This document shows positions 1 through 9,624 of a stretch of DNA of 64,000 nt, in pieces. A program made the translations under genes and the position numbers. The DNA lies in contig CAVXQJ010000001.1 in the NCBI GenBank assembly GCA_963763745.1, forward strand, positions 194,431-258,430, in the 5' to 3' direction. How positions within the stretch are numbered: the stretch's first letter is position 1; each line of letters starts with the position of its first letter. A model generated the notes under the pieces. That model worked only from the letters and a program-made list of their open reading frames with translations, was not told where the DNA came from and did not search any database. The DNA is from an uncultured delta proteobacterium (GTDB lineage Bacteria > Myxococcota_A > Polyangia > Polyangiales > Polyangiaceae).

Positions 1-927
1 CATGTGCAACCCCTTCGGGTCCATCGCGATGTCCGCTTTGAGCGCGGTCGATTCCAAAAGCACGAGCGCCTGATCGTCGTATTGCGAACAGAGCCACTCG
101 GGCGCGTCGGTCGTGAGGTAGTTCACGTCGATCTGGAACGAGTGGGCGTTCGTCGGAACTTTGAGCGACACGTCGAGCTCGGTGAGATCGTTCACCGTCG
201 TCGGGTCGCTTCGGTTTTGCGTCTGGTTGTTGTTGTCGAGACACGAGAACGTGCCCGGCGTGAGCGGGTACGTCGTGCCGGTTTTGTTGAACGACGTGCC
301 TTGTTGCGGCGCGACGTAGCCGGTGTCGTTCTCGTCGGCGGCGATGCCGTTCGAGAGCGCGGCCATCGACGAGCCGAATCGAACCGTGAAGACGCCCCAG
401 TCGGGCGCGACTTGGTGCGCGCGATCATCGGCGACGGTCGGGAAGCTCGCCCCGGTCACCCACGGATCGCACATGTCCATCGCGTGCGCGAAGTCGGTCG
501 CGTTGGTCGTCGTGCTCGTGAGCGCCATGTCGCACACGATGACTTCATCGGTCACGCCATTGCAGTTGTCGTCCGCGCCGTTGCTCGAAATCTCGAACGC
601 GCCCGGGTTCACGTTCGGATCGTTGTCGTTGCAATCGACGCACGCGTTGTAACCGTCTTTGTCGTTGTCGATCTTGTCGCACGTCACGCACGCGCTCGCG
701 ACGCATTGATCGGTGAGGTTGCACGCCGTCCCGCACCCGCCGCAGTTCTTGGGATCGCTCGACGTGTCGATGCACGTGCCGTTGCAGCGCGTTTGAGTCG
801 GCGTGCACCCCTGCGGCGGCCCGGCCTCGTTTTGCGACGCGTCACCCGTGCTCGCGTCGAGGTCCGTGTTCGGCGTGCCGCTGCACGCGCCAAGAAGAAG
901 AATCGGCGACAGTTGCCAAAGTTTCAT
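1..927 (-). CDS. Cys-rich lipoprotein with MopE-type putative metal-binding repeats (N-terminal part; runs off window start)
   Basis: Hand reverse-translation from ATG at 927-925 gives MKLWQLSPILLLGACSG (lipobox LGAC), then repeats CxxCDKIDNDKDGYNACVDCNDNDPNVNPGAFEISSNGADDNCNG matching the Myxococcus MopE Cu-binding motif. Frame stays open to position 1. Not in the ORF track because it lacks an in-window stop. Confidence 0.7.
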   Translation of the reverse strand, partial: MKLWQLSPILLLGACSGTPNTDLDASTGDASQNEAGPPQGCTPTQTRCNGTCIDTSSDPKNCGGCGTACNLTDQCVASACVTCDKIDNDKDGYNACVDCNDNDPNVNPGAFEISSNGADDNCNGVTDEVIVCDMALTSTTTNATDFAHAMDMCDPWVTGASFPTVADDRAHQVAPDWGVFTVRFGSSMAALSNGIAADENDTGYVAPQQGTSFNKTGTTYPLTPGTFSCLDNNNQTQNRSDPTTVNDLTELDVSLKVPTNAHSFQIDVNYLTTDAPEWLCSQYDDQALVLLESTALKADIAMDPKGLHM

Positions 928-937
928 GGCCAAAGTT

Positions 938-1792
938 TCATGGGTTGAAGACTTCATCGCCGCCGCCGCCGCCTTGGGGCTTGGGTTTGGGCTTGGGTGT
1001 GGGCGTCGTCGTGACGGTGGTCGTCGTCGTGACGGGCGGCGGTTTCGGTTTCGGCGTCGTCACTTGCGGTGGCGGTTTGGTGTTCGATGCCACGACTTCA
1101 TTCGACGACCGCCCAAACTCGGCGGGCTCGGCGAGCACCGCGCGACCGAGGTCCGCGATGAAGTCCTCCGTTTCGCGGCGATCGAGCCGCGCGTTCTTCG
1201 AGATGTCCGCGAGCACGTCGAACGATGCAGCCATCTCGTCGTGCACGTCGGCCATCGTCGTGCCGCCTTGGCGGAAGAAATCCGCCTTCACGCGCGGCTC
1301 GAGATCGCGTCCGACCTTTGCGAGCTCGTCGCAGCGAGCGGGTACGTCGCGCAGCGCGCGCTTGCGTTTGATCTCCGCGTCGACTGTTGCTTGTAGCGCT
1401 TTGACGAAATCGCGCATCGACTGATCAGCACGCGCCTCCGACGCGAGCATGACCTTGCCGTCGTCGTCGCGCAGATCGAGCCGTGTTGGCCCCGTCACGT
1501 GAGCGATGGAGACGAGCCGCTCGTGTGTCGCTTGGAGGATCGTGACGTCGACGGCATCCGTCGCGATCTTGAGCGCGTCGATGAGCGCGCGGCGCGAAGC
1601 CTTCTTGTCGTCGGACCACCCCGACGCTTCGACTTGGAGCGCGTGCACTTTGGTGAAGTAGTCGTCGTACTGCGCTTGCCCGGTTTGAAAGGGCTGACCG
1701 GCGCGAATCTTCGATTGCGGCTCGAAGAGCGTGCAGCCCGCGACGAGCACGAACACGGCCAATTTCGCGAGGAAACTATGTGCATTCTGCAT
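938..1792 (-). CDS. hypothetical lipoprotein with Pro/Thr-rich C-terminal tail
   Basis: 284-aa ORF; signal peptide with lipobox LVAGC; normal amino-acid composition; PKPKP/TTTT tail. Confidence 0.6.
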   Translation of the reverse strand: MQNAHSFLAKLAVFVLVAGCTLFEPQSKIRAGQPFQTGQAQYDDYFTKVHALQVEASGWSDDKKASRRALIDALKIATDAVDVTILQATHERLVSIAHVTGPTRLDLRDDDGKVMLASEARADQSMRDFVKALQATVDAEIKRKRALRDVPARCDELAKVGRDLEPRVKADFFRQGGTTMADVHDEMAASFDVLADISKNARLDRRETEDFIADLGRAVLAEPAEFGRSSNEVVASNTKPPPQVTTPKPKPPPVTTTTTVTTTPTPKPKPKPQGGGGGDEVFNP

Positions 1793-4465
1793 TTATTTCT
1801 CCGCGCATTGAATGGGCGCCGCGCGCACCTCGAAGCTCTTGCCGCTCGATGCGAGGAACGCAACGACGCCTCGCCCACCCTCCGCCACCGCAGCCTGACC
1901 TTGACCCGCGTTCATGCCTTCGGTCGACGCGGTGAACGCATCGCCCACGGGACCGCTCTCGCCGAACGCGATGCCGCGCACTTGGTGGCTCGACACTGGC
2001 CCCTCCGTCCACACGAGGAGGAAGCGTCCCGCGCCGAGCGTCGTGAGACCGGGCGACATCGCTTGCTCGCCGAGCCCGCCGGGCGGAAGCGAAAACGATT
2101 TCGCTTGGACGTTCTCCTCGCCGACCTTGAACGCGACGTAGCGGATGCCCCATGGGTCGGTGCTCGCCACGCGATCGGCCCACGCGACCATCACGTGATC
2201 GCCCGACACGGCGACCGCGGGCGATCCGATCTGCGGGCCGAGACCTTGCGCGTGACCGAGCGCGCCGAGCGGCGCGGGAGGATTTCCGCCGAACGCACCG
2301 AAGTGAATCGCGCCGGCCTGACGGAACGCGATGGCGAATCCGCCGTTCGGCAAAGCTTCGCCGCGGAGCGCTTCGACGGGCGCTTCCGCGTCGGCGAGCG
2401 ACCAGAGCTTCACGCCTTTTTCCGTTCCGTGCGGCGCCCACGCGATGCCGCCGTCCATCGCGCCGACGTCGATGGGCGGCGACGCGCGCAGCGTGCGACG
2501 ACCTTGGAGCTTGTCGCCTTTGTGATCGGAATCGACCGCGGCCTTCGACGTATCGAGCGCGAGCACGCGACGCACGGGATCGTTCGAGCGAAGATGCAGC
2601 GCGCTCGCCGATGCGAGCGACGTCGCGTCGAGCACTTCGAGCGTGGCTTCTTTCGGCGCGACGGCGAACCCGAGCGCGAACTGTCCGCCGATCGCAGCGA
2701 CCTCGACGCCGCTCCCGATGAGCGCCTTCGGCGCGACGTCGTGCGGCGCGCCAGCCGCTTTGCACGTCATCGGGCGCGTGGGCATCTTGGGCGCGGGAAG
2801 GATCGATTCACCCGTGCCGCTCGATTGCGCGATCGCCGAGGAGGACGTGCTCGCCGACGAAGACGCCACCGAAGATCCCGACGAGCTCGTCCCGAACGCG
2901 GCCTTCACGCCTGCAACGAGAAGAATGAGAACGACGAACGCAGAGCCGCCCGCGATCACGGGCAAGAACCACGGCGGTTTGTCCTTCGTGCGCTCGCGGA
3001 GATCCGCGTAGGCGCGTCGCGCTGCGTCTTGTGCGCGCTCGGCGCGTTCGCGCGCGAGCTGTTGCAAGTCATGGAGCTTTGCGCCGCTCGCTCTCGGCGC
3101 GGGCGCGAACGGCTCGACGCGCGGCGGAGGAACGCTCGAATCGGTGCGCGCTTCTTCTTCTTTGATCGCGGTCCTGCGCGTCGTCGCCGCGACGTCGCTT
3201 TGCGAGAGCGGCGCAGGAGGCGGGGACTGCTGCGCTTTGTCGAGCGCAGCGCGGTTTTGCGCGAGCATGTCGGGACCGAGCCCCGCCATCGTGCGCGGTC
3301 TCTCCGCGGCGATGAGTGGCTGCGCCTTCACGACTTCGATGCGCGCCTCCGACGTGAGATCCGACGAGCTGAGCTCCATCGGACGCGGCGCTTCCGAATC
3401 GCGCGTGCCCGGCACCCGCGGCGATTTCGGAATGTCGATCCCCACTGCGCCTTCGCCCCATGGCGGCGGACGAGTCACCGCGTGCGTGACGCTGCTTGGC
3501 TCGGGCGGCGGAACGACGATCGGCGGCGCTTCCTCGTGCGACGCCACCGGCGGCCCCGCGTTCGGCACCGTGTCTTCGCCGAACATCATGAGCGTCGGGA
3601 ATTTGCTGCTCGGTTCCTTCGGCGGTTCGTAGACCGGCGCGGGCGCAGGAACGGGCGCGGGTGCGACGGGAAGCGGATCGAGCCTTGGCATCGGCGGAGG
3701 CGCGGGCGCGATCTGAAGCGTCTGACGACTTTGCGAGATCGGAGGCAGCTCGACGGACGGCGGCGCGACGCCCGCCGGTGGGCGCTGCGTTTCTTTGTAG
3801 ACGCTGCGCACGTTGCCCGGCGAGGGCGCGGTGCGCGCGAGATGCGCGGGCGGGCTTTTCGCGATGGGTTGAGCGGGCGCCGGTGGCGGCGGCGCGATGG
3901 ATTTTTTCTTCGCGGCGGGCGGAAGCGGCGGCGGCGCGCTGCTCTTTCGCTGCGTCTTTGCGGGGAGCGGTGGAGGTTGTTTGCTCGTCGGCAGCGGGGG
4001 CGGTTTCGATGCGACGGGTTTGGTCGCCGTCATCGAAGGTTTCGTGATCGTCCGCGGCGGCCCCGGCGCGGGCACGGGCGCGACCTTCGGTGCATCGACC
4101 TTCGTATCGGAGCCGAGCGCGGGCGGAACTTGCGGTTGCGTTTGTGGAGCGAGCGGAACGTAGCGCGGCGGCGGCGGCGGCTCGGCAGGTCCCGTCGGAA
4201 CCGGTTTCGCTTTTCCTTCGAAGGCGTCTTGCGCGGCGACGATGAAATTCGGTGGAGGAGGCACGTCGCCGTTCGTGGGCGCAGCGGCCTTTCCCGTCAG
4301 CTCCGGAACATCGTGCGCCGGTTTCCACCCGGTCCAACCGCGCGTCCAGACGGGCGCGTTCGCGGGGATCACACCGCTCTCGAGTGCCTTGCGCAGATCA
4401 TCTTCGCGGACGAGCCGCTGCTGTCCGGTGGGGTCCGCCCAGCGCCATTCGGTCTGGTTGCTCAC
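1793..4465 (-). CDS. DUF4339 (GYF-like) domain, proline-rich, single-TM protein with extracellular C-terminal domain
   Basis: N-terminal EWRWADPTGQQRLV...VWTRGWTGWKPAHDVPEL matches DUF4339; ~400 aa PxxP-rich linker; TM WFLPVIAGGSAFVVLILLVAGV; start inferred at in-frame GTG 4465 (no ATG close to the domain). Confidence 0.55.
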   Translation of the reverse strand: MSNQTEWRWADPTGQQRLVREDDLRKALESGVIPANAPVWTRGWTGWKPAHDVPELTGKAAAPTNGDVPPPPNFIVAAQDAFEGKAKPVPTGPAEPPPPPRYVPLAPQTQPQVPPALGSDTKVDAPKVAPVPAPGPPRTITKPSMTATKPVASKPPPLPTSKQPPPLPAKTQRKSSAPPPLPPAAKKKSIAPPPPAPAQPIAKSPPAHLARTAPSPGNVRSVYKETQRPPAGVAPPSVELPPISQSRQTLQIAPAPPPMPRLDPLPVAPAPVPAPAPVYEPPKEPSSKFPTLMMFGEDTVPNAGPPVASHEEAPPIVVPPPEPSSVTHAVTRPPPWGEGAVGIDIPKSPRVPGTRDSEAPRPMELSSSDLTSEARIEVVKAQPLIAAERPRTMAGLGPDMLAQNRAALDKAQQSPPPAPLSQSDVAATTRRTAIKEEEARTDSSVPPPRVEPFAPAPRASGAKLHDLQQLARERAERAQDAARRAYADLRERTKDKPPWFLPVIAGGSAFVVLILLVAGVKAAFGTSSSGSSVASSSASTSSSAIAQSSGTGESILPAPKMPTRPMTCKAAGAPHDVAPKALIGSGVEVAAIGGQFALGFAVAPKEATLEVLDATSLASASALHLRSNDPVRRVLALDTSKAAVDSDHKGDKLQGRRTLRASPPIDVGAMDGGIAWAPHGTEKGVKLWSLADAEAPVEALRGEALPNGGFAIAFRQAGAIHFGAFGGNPPAPLGALGHAQGLGPQIGSPAVAVSGDHVMVAWADRVASTDPWGIRYVAFKVGEENVQAKSFSLPPGGLGEQAMSPGLTTLGAGRFLLVWTEGPVSSHQVRGIAFGESGPVGDAFTASTEGMNAGQGQAAVAEGGRGVVAFLASSGKSFEVRAAPIQCAEK

Positions 4466-5090
4466 GTCCGACTCGCAACATGGAGGGTACCACTGAAGTG
4501 GGCGGCGTGATCGCGAGGACGAGACACTGGACGTGGGGACAGCACGCACCCCGCAGCGCATCCGCGCAGGCGGCTTGCGTGGCGCCCGTCGTGCGGACGT
4601 CGTCGACGAGCAGCACGGGCGTTCGAATTTCGCGCCGTGCGCGAAACGCGCCGCGCACGTTCTCGAGGCGCGCCGCTCGGTCGAGCTCCGCTTGTTTCGC
4701 CGTCGGACGAACGCGCGCGAGCGTGCGCGCGTCGAACGTCAGGCCGAGCGCTTTCGCGACGGGCCGCGCGAGCAGCGCCGCTTGATTGAACCCGCGCTCG
4801 AAGAGGCGCGACGGATGAAGCGGAACGGGAACGACGACCGCGCCGCGCGCGATCTCCATCTTCGCGGCTTCCGCCGCGAGGAGCGCGCCGAGCGGCCGCG
4901 CGAGCTCTGGAACGGGCCCGTATTTGAAGCGCGTGATCGCCGCGGCGAGCGCGCCGCCATAAACGAACGGCGCGCGTGGATCGGTGCTCCTCTGAACCGT
5001 CGCCGCGCACCCGACGCACAAAAGGGCGCGCGCGGAGGATGGGGCATCGCACGCAGCACATCGGTGCGGCTCGAGGATCGAGAGGAGCAC
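4398..5090 (-). CDS. comF: ComF family protein (phosphoribosyltransferase-type, double zinc ribbon)
   Basis: CAACDAP...CVGCAA zinc ribbon plus PRTase motif VLLVDDVRTTGAT; 3' end overlaps the inferred start of the downstream gene. Confidence 0.75.
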   Translation of the reverse strand: MLLSILEPHRCAACDAPSSARALLCVGCAATVQRSTDPRAPFVYGGALAAAITRFKYGPVPELARPLGALLAAEAAKMEIARGAVVVPVPLHPSRLFERGFNQAALLARPVAKALGLTFDARTLARVRPTAKQAELDRAARLENVRGAFRARREIRTPVLLVDDVRTTGATQAACADALRGACCPHVQCLVLAITPPTSVVPSMLRVGREQPDRMALGGPHRTAAARPRR

Positions 5091-5114
5091 GCTGCCCCAT
5101 CGGGCGCGCGCGCC

Positions 5115-5606
5115 TCAGTGTTGCGTGCGTTGAAGCGTCGCCGACGCGCTGCCACCCGCGCCGACCCATCGCCAGCGAATCGTGTCGTCCTCGATCACGT
5201 CGATGTAGATCTGCGCGTTGTTCGGGCAGCCGTTGAACGGATCGACCTTCACGCTCTCCGAGCCTTCCCAGTGTTTCGCCGAGCCGGAGTGCAGCGTCCA
5301 ATCCGCGCGGCAGCGGCGGTCGCTGTAATAAACGTGCCCCGTCAGTTGATGAGGGGCGTGCTTCTCGAACGTGACCGTCATCGGCCATGTCTTGTTGCCG
5401 ACGTGCCACGCGGTTCCTCCCCACGACCCGGTGAAGTCCTCCGCTGCGGAAGGATCTTCGACGTCGTCGGGCGTTTCGCTCGATGGGTCCGTCATGATGG
5501 GCGCGATGGGCGCGGCTTCGCCCATCGGAACCGTCACGAGCTTCGGCGCGATCGCGCACGCGCTGGAACAAAAGCCGAGGAACGCGGCAAGCGCGACGCG
5601 CTTCAC
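5115..5606 (-). CDS. hypothetical secreted protein
   Basis: 163-aa ORF with N-terminal signal peptide MKRVALAAFLGFCSSACA; protein-like composition; start overlaps hydrolase stop. Confidence 0.5.
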   Translation of the reverse strand: MKRVALAAFLGFCSSACAIAPKLVTVPMGEAAPIAPIMTDPSSETPDDVEDPSAAEDFTGSWGGTAWHVGNKTWPMTVTFEKHAPHQLTGHVYYSDRRCRADWTLHSGSAKHWEGSESVKVDPFNGCPNNAQIYIDVIEDDTIRWRWVGAGGSASATLQRTQH

Positions 5607-6385
5607 GCCGCCTCCAATGTTTGAAGCGCATCGCCGATGACGTCGGGCGCGAGCAGCGACACCGCGTGTGCGACGCGCGGAAGCATCACGAGGCGCGCGT
5701 GTGGAATGAGCGACGCGAGCCGCTCTCCGTTTTCGGGCGGAACGAGAATGTCATCCGCGCCGTGCACGACGACGGTCGGCTGCGAGATGCCTCGCACGCG
5801 CTGCCCCGTCCAGTTCGTCATCACGGCCGCGAAGTGTCTCACGAAGGTCGGCATCGAGAGCGGATCGTGCGCGAGCGCTTCGGGCCATCGCGCGAGGTGC
5901 ACGTGCGCGCGATCGAGCTCGTGCTCGGGCAAGAGGAGTCGATTGAATTCGCGAACGCGCGTCGTGTTTCGTTCGAGCGGCGCGCGCAAGAGAAGACGAA
6001 GCGTGCTCGGCGCGGGGAGCTTCGCGTGCGGAAGGCCGGGCGTCGTCGCGAGGAGCACGAGCGCGCGCACGTCGCTCGGGTGGCGCATCGCCACGTGCTG
6101 CGCGATCATTCCGCCCATCGAGATGCCGACGACGATCGCGGGGCCTGCGTCGGCTTCGCGAATCACGCGCGCGACGTCGTCCGCCATTTGCGGCAATCGA
6201 TAGGGCCTGCGCGGTTTGTCGCTCCGGCCCGTGCCACGATTGTCGAGCGTGATGACACGCTTCGCGCCGCGCGCGAGCGCCTTCGCGGGTTGATCGAACC
6301 AAAATCGCGACGAGAGCCCGAGGCCCTGAATCATGACGACGGCAGGTCCCCGCGCGTCGCCGTGCGACTCCCAATGAATGCGCAT
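5603..6385 (-). CDS. alpha/beta hydrolase fold protein
   Basis: C-terminal 260 aa of the track ORF 5603..7633: HG-type oxyanion region VVMIQGLG, nucleophile elbow GISMGG, conserved VHGADD; ATG placed at 6385-6383 (MRIHWESHGD); the upstream part of the track ORF is Arg-rich artefact. Confidence 0.75.
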   Translation of the reverse strand: MRIHWESHGDARGPAVVMIQGLGLSSRFWFDQPAKALARGAKRVITLDNRGTGRSDKPRRPYRLPQMADDVARVIREADAGPAIVVGISMGGMIAQHVAMRHPSDVRALVLLATTPGLPHAKLPAPSTLRLLLRAPLERNTTRVREFNRLLLPEHELDRAHVHLARWPEALAHDPLSMPTFVRHFAAVMTNWTGQRVRGISQPTVVVHGADDILVPPENGERLASLIPHARLVMLPRVAHAVSLLAPDVIGDALQTLEAA

Positions 6386-6395
6386 CTCCAATGGA

Positions 6396-6426
6396 CTCCC
6401 ATCGGCGCCGGAGGCGCCGGAGCAGG
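6396..6426. repeat. 29-nt GC-rich intergenic hairpin repeat, copy 1 (CCATCGGCGCCGGAGGCGCCGGAGCAGGT)
   Basis: Identical 29-mer also at 9593-9623; contains self-complementary GGCGCC units able to form a 7-8 bp G/C stem with a 3-4 nt loop; lies between the LeuA-like stop and the hydrolase start. Confidence 0.8.
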
Positions 6427-7686
6427 TTAACGGCGAACGCGCTTCACGACCGCCATCACTTCGTCTTCCGTCATGATGTGATCGAGGCCTTTGGCGGCCG
6501 CGAGGATTTCTTTGGTGAGCGCATCGTCCGGCTCGATGTTTCGCTCGCGGAGGTAATAGTTCACGTTGGACGCGCCGCTCATGAAGCCGATGAGGATCTC
6601 TTGTTTGCGGCCGAACATTCCCGCGGGCACGCCGCTGTAGATGCGATCCGCGAGCCACGCGTCGCCCTTTTGCATCGCTTTGATGATCGCCGCGGCGTGC
6701 ACGCCCGTCGCCGTGCGAAACGCATCGCGCCCGACGAGCGGATAGTTGAGCGCGACGTTCCAGCCGACGGCTTCGGCGACCGTCGCGCAGTACTCCATCA
6801 GCTTCGTGAGATCGCGATCGAGCAATCCAAGGAGCTTCATGTTGAGGAGAATGAGCTCCATCTGCGCGTTGCCGACGCGCTCGCCGATTCCGAGCGCGGT
6901 GCCGTGAACGCGGTCGGCGCCGAACTCGAGCGCCCACAGCGCGTTCTCGAGCGCGAGGCCGCGATCGTTGTGACCGTGCCAGTCGATGCCGATGTTCTTC
7001 GCGCCCGTCCCCGCGATGATGCTCTGCGTGAAGCGGATCAAGTTGCGCACGCCGTCCGGCGTTGCGTGACCGACGGTGTCCGACAGACACAAACGCGTCG
7101 CGCCGTGATCGATCGCCGTCTTGAAGAGCGTCGAGAGAATTTCGGGGCGCGAGCGCGTCGTGTCTTCCGTGACGTACGCGACGGGCAAGCCCGCCTTCAC
7201 CGCGACGTCGATCGCCTCCGCGCTCTTCTTCGCGATGCTCGCCGCGTCCCAATCCTCCGCGAATTGCCGAATCGGCGACGAGCCGATGAACGCGTACACC
7301 TCGACGGGGATGCCCGCGCGCTGCGAGATCTCGACCATCGGCGTGATGTCGGAGACGACGGTGCGACCCGCGCACGCCACGCGGATCTTCATCTTGCAGT
7401 CGACGATCTCCTTGCACATGCGCAGCACGTCTTCGAACGCGCGCTTGCTCGAGCCCGGCAGGCCGATGTCCGCTTCGTCGATGCTCAAATCTTCCATCAA
7501 ATGGAGGATGCGCAGCTTCGATTCGATCGACGGATCGCGCACCGACGGGTTTTGCAGACCGTCGCGCAGCGTCTCGTCGAAGAACGACACGTTGTTCGCA
7601 ATCAGCCGCCCGCGCCGATCGACCTCGTTCCAATCGTAGATGAGATGTCCCGCTCGATCGGAGTCGGTCATCGCGTTGCCGCTCAT
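6427..7686 (-). CDS. 2-isopropylmalate synthase/homocitrate synthase family (HMGL-like DRE-TIM) protein lacking the C-terminal regulatory domain
   Basis: LRDGLQ metal-site motif, HGHNDRGLALENALWALEFGADRV...GERVGNA, and a LeuA type-2 subdomain-I-like C-terminus; start taken at MSGNAMTDSD after discarding the Arg-rich N-terminal extension. Confidence 0.7.
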   Translation of the reverse strand: MSGNAMTDSDRAGHLIYDWNEVDRRGRLIANNVSFFDETLRDGLQNPSVRDPSIESKLRILHLMEDLSIDEADIGLPGSSKRAFEDVLRMCKEIVDCKMKIRVACAGRTVVSDITPMVEISQRAGIPVEVYAFIGSSPIRQFAEDWDAASIAKKSAEAIDVAVKAGLPVAYVTEDTTRSRPEILSTLFKTAIDHGATRLCLSDTVGHATPDGVRNLIRFTQSIIAGTGAKNIGIDWHGHNDRGLALENALWALEFGADRVHGTALGIGERVGNAQMELILLNMKLLGLLDRDLTKLMEYCATVAEAVGWNVALNYPLVGRDAFRTATGVHAAAIIKAMQKGDAWLADRIYSGVPAGMFGRKQEILIGFMSGASNVNYYLRERNIEPDDALTKEILAAAKGLDHIMTEDEVMAVVKRVRR

Positions 7687-7714
7687 GGAAAAACTATAGC
7701 ACGCACACGCGCGC

Positions 7715-9577
7715 TCACGCGGTCGGCGGCTCGCCGCCTTCGCCCTCTTGCGGGCCGTACATCTTCTCGGCGATCGCGAAGACCATCGCCTCGAGCGTTT
7801 GGTGCGCTTCGCGGAGCTCGGCGAGATCGCCGTTGCCGTCGAGGAGCGCCCGGAGATGCGTGGCCTGTTGGCGCGCACTCTCGAGCACCTCGCCGTCGAC
7901 GAGATCGGCGTAGCCCTCGAGCGCGGCGTTCGTGGTGTAGAGGAGCGTCTCGGCTTGGTTCTTCAAGTTCGCGAGCTCGCGTCGCATGTCGTCGGCGGCT
8001 TGGAATTTTTCGCCTTCCGAGACGAGGCGATCGACGTCTTCGCTCGAGAGCCCGCTCGTCGCCGTGATGTTCATCGCGTGCGCGCGACCCGTGCCGAGAT
8101 CTTTCGCTTCGATGTTCACGACGCCGTTCGCGTCGATCTTGAACGTGACTTGGATCTTCGGGACGCCGCGCGGCGCAGGGGGAATGCCGGTGAGCTCGAA
8201 GCGCGTGAGCGAGCGGTTGTCCGCGGCCATCGTGCGCTCGCCTTGGAGGACGTGAATCGGCACGAAGGATTGGTTGTCGACGCTCGTCGTGAAGATTTCG
8301 CTCTTCTCGGTCGGGATGGTCGTGTTGCGCGTGATGAGCGGCGTGAACACGCCGCCGCCCGTCTCGACGCCGAGCGAGAGCGGCGTCACGTCGAGGAGGA
8401 GCACTTCGACGTTGCCTTGCCCCTCGAGCACCGCGCCTTGAAGCGCCGCACCCGCCGCGACCACTTCGTCCGGGTTCACGCCCTTGTGCGGATCTTTTCC
8501 GAAGAACTCTTTCACCGCCTTCTGCACGGCGGGCATGCGCGTCATGCCGCCGACGAGGACGACGTTGTGGATGTCGTGCGGCGTGAGCTTCGCGTCGTTC
8601 AGCGCTTTTTTGCAGGGCTCGAGCGTCGCGTCGATCAGATTCTGCGTGAGCATCTCGAGCTCGGTGCGCGTGAGCGTCTTCACGACGTGGAGCGGCTCGC
8701 CCTTCGAGCTCGTCGCGATGAAAGGCAGATTGATTTCCGTTTCGAGCGACGACGAAAGCTCGTGTTTTGCCTTCTCCGCGGCTTCCTTCAAACGCTGAAG
8801 TGCCATGCGGTCTTTGCGCAAATCCACGCCGTGTTCTTTTTCGAACGACTCGGCGATTGCGTCGATCAAACGCTGGTCGAAGTCTTCGCCGCCGAGGTGC
8901 GTGTCGCCGTTGGTCGCTTTGACGGAGAAGACCCCGCTGTTGATCTCGAGGACCGAAATGTCGAACGTGCCTCCGCCCAAGTCGTAGACCGCGACGCGCT
9001 CGGTTTGTTTCTTCTCGAGGCCGTATGCGAGCGCGGCGGCCGTCGGCTCGTTGATGATGCGCTTGACGTCGAGGCCGGCGATTTTTCCGGCGTCCTTCGT
9101 CGCTTGGCGTTGCGCGTCGTCGAAGTATGCGGGCACCGTGACCACCGCGGCGGTGACCGGCTCGCCGAGAAACGCCTCGGCGATCTCTTTCATCTTCGCG
9201 AGCACGAACGAGGACACTTCGGGCGGCGACATCTCGCGACCGGACGCGACGACCCACGCGTCGCCGTTCGGCGCTTCGATGATCTTGTACGGCGCGAGCT
9301 TGAGCTGCCGCTGCACCTCTTCGTCTTTGAACTTGCGGCCCATCAAACGCTTCACCGCGTAGACGGTGTTGGTCGCGTTGGTGACGGCTTGGCGTTTCGC
9401 GGCTTGACCGACGAGGCGCTCGCCGCTCACGGGAAAACCCACGACGGACGGCGTCGTGCGCGCGCCCTCCGCGTTCGGAATGATGCGCACGTCGAGCTTG
9501 CCTTGCGCACCGGTCGCTTCGACGACTGCAACGCACGAGTTCGTCGTGCCGAGGTCGATTCCGATGACCTTCCCCAT
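7715..9577 (-). CDS. dnaK: molecular chaperone DnaK (Hsp70)
   Basis: [18 protein letters not shown]..., DLGGGTFD, full-length 620 aa Hsp70 signature sequences. Confidence 0.95.
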   Translation of the reverse strand: MGKVIGIDLGTTNSCVAVVEATGAQGKLDVRIIPNAEGARTTPSVVGFPVSGERLVGQAAKRQAVTNATNTVYAVKRLMGRKFKDEEVQRQLKLAPYKIIEAPNGDAWVVASGREMSPPEVSSFVLAKMKEIAEAFLGEPVTAAVVTVPAYFDDAQRQATKDAGKIAGLDVKRIINEPTAAALAYGLEKKQTERVAVYDLGGGTFDISVLEINSGVFSVKATNGDTHLGGEDFDQRLIDAIAESFEKEHGVDLRKDRMALQRLKEAAEKAKHELSSSLETEINLPFIATSSKGEPLHVVKTLTRTELEMLTQNLIDATLEPCKKALNDAKLTPHDIHNVVLVGGMTRMPAVQKAVKEFFGKDPHKGVNPDEVVAAGAALQGAVLEGQGNVEVLLLDVTPLSLGVETGGGVFTPLITRNTTIPTEKSEIFTTSVDNQSFVPIHVLQGERTMAADNRSLTRFELTGIPPAPRGVPKIQVTFKIDANGVVNIEAKDLGTGRAHAMNITATSGLSSEDVDRLVSEGEKFQAADDMRRELANLKNQAETLLYTTNAALEGYADLVDGEVLESARQQATHLRALLDGNGDLAELREAHQTLEAMVFAIAEKMYGPQEGEGGEPPTA

Positions 9578-9592
9578 GCGTGCCTACGGTAT

Positions 9593-9623
9593 ACCATCGG
9601 CGCCGGAGGCGCCGGAGCAGGTA
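9593..9623. repeat. 29-nt GC-rich intergenic hairpin repeat, copy 2
   Basis: Same 29-mer as 6396-6426; lies between the grpE stop (9625) and the dnaK start (9577). Confidence 0.8.
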
Positions 9624-9624
9624 A

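Noticed and set aside
4-948. 314-aa plus-strand ORF at the window start
   Set aside because: Extremely Arg/Val/Glu-rich composition typical of spurious high-GC ORFs; it lies antisense to the MopE-type lipoprotein gene, which reads cleanly on the minus strand.
1499-4510. 1003-aa plus-strand ORF
   Set aside because: Arg-rich low-complexity translation (RRRR, GRG runs); it is antisense to the well-supported DUF4339/proline-rich gene.
5603-7633. Upstream 416 aa of the 676-aa track ORF containing the alpha/beta hydrolase
   Set aside because: Only the C-terminal 260 aa look like protein. The upstream part is Arg/Gly-rich and overlaps the LeuA-like gene in another frame, so the gene was trimmed to ATG 6385.
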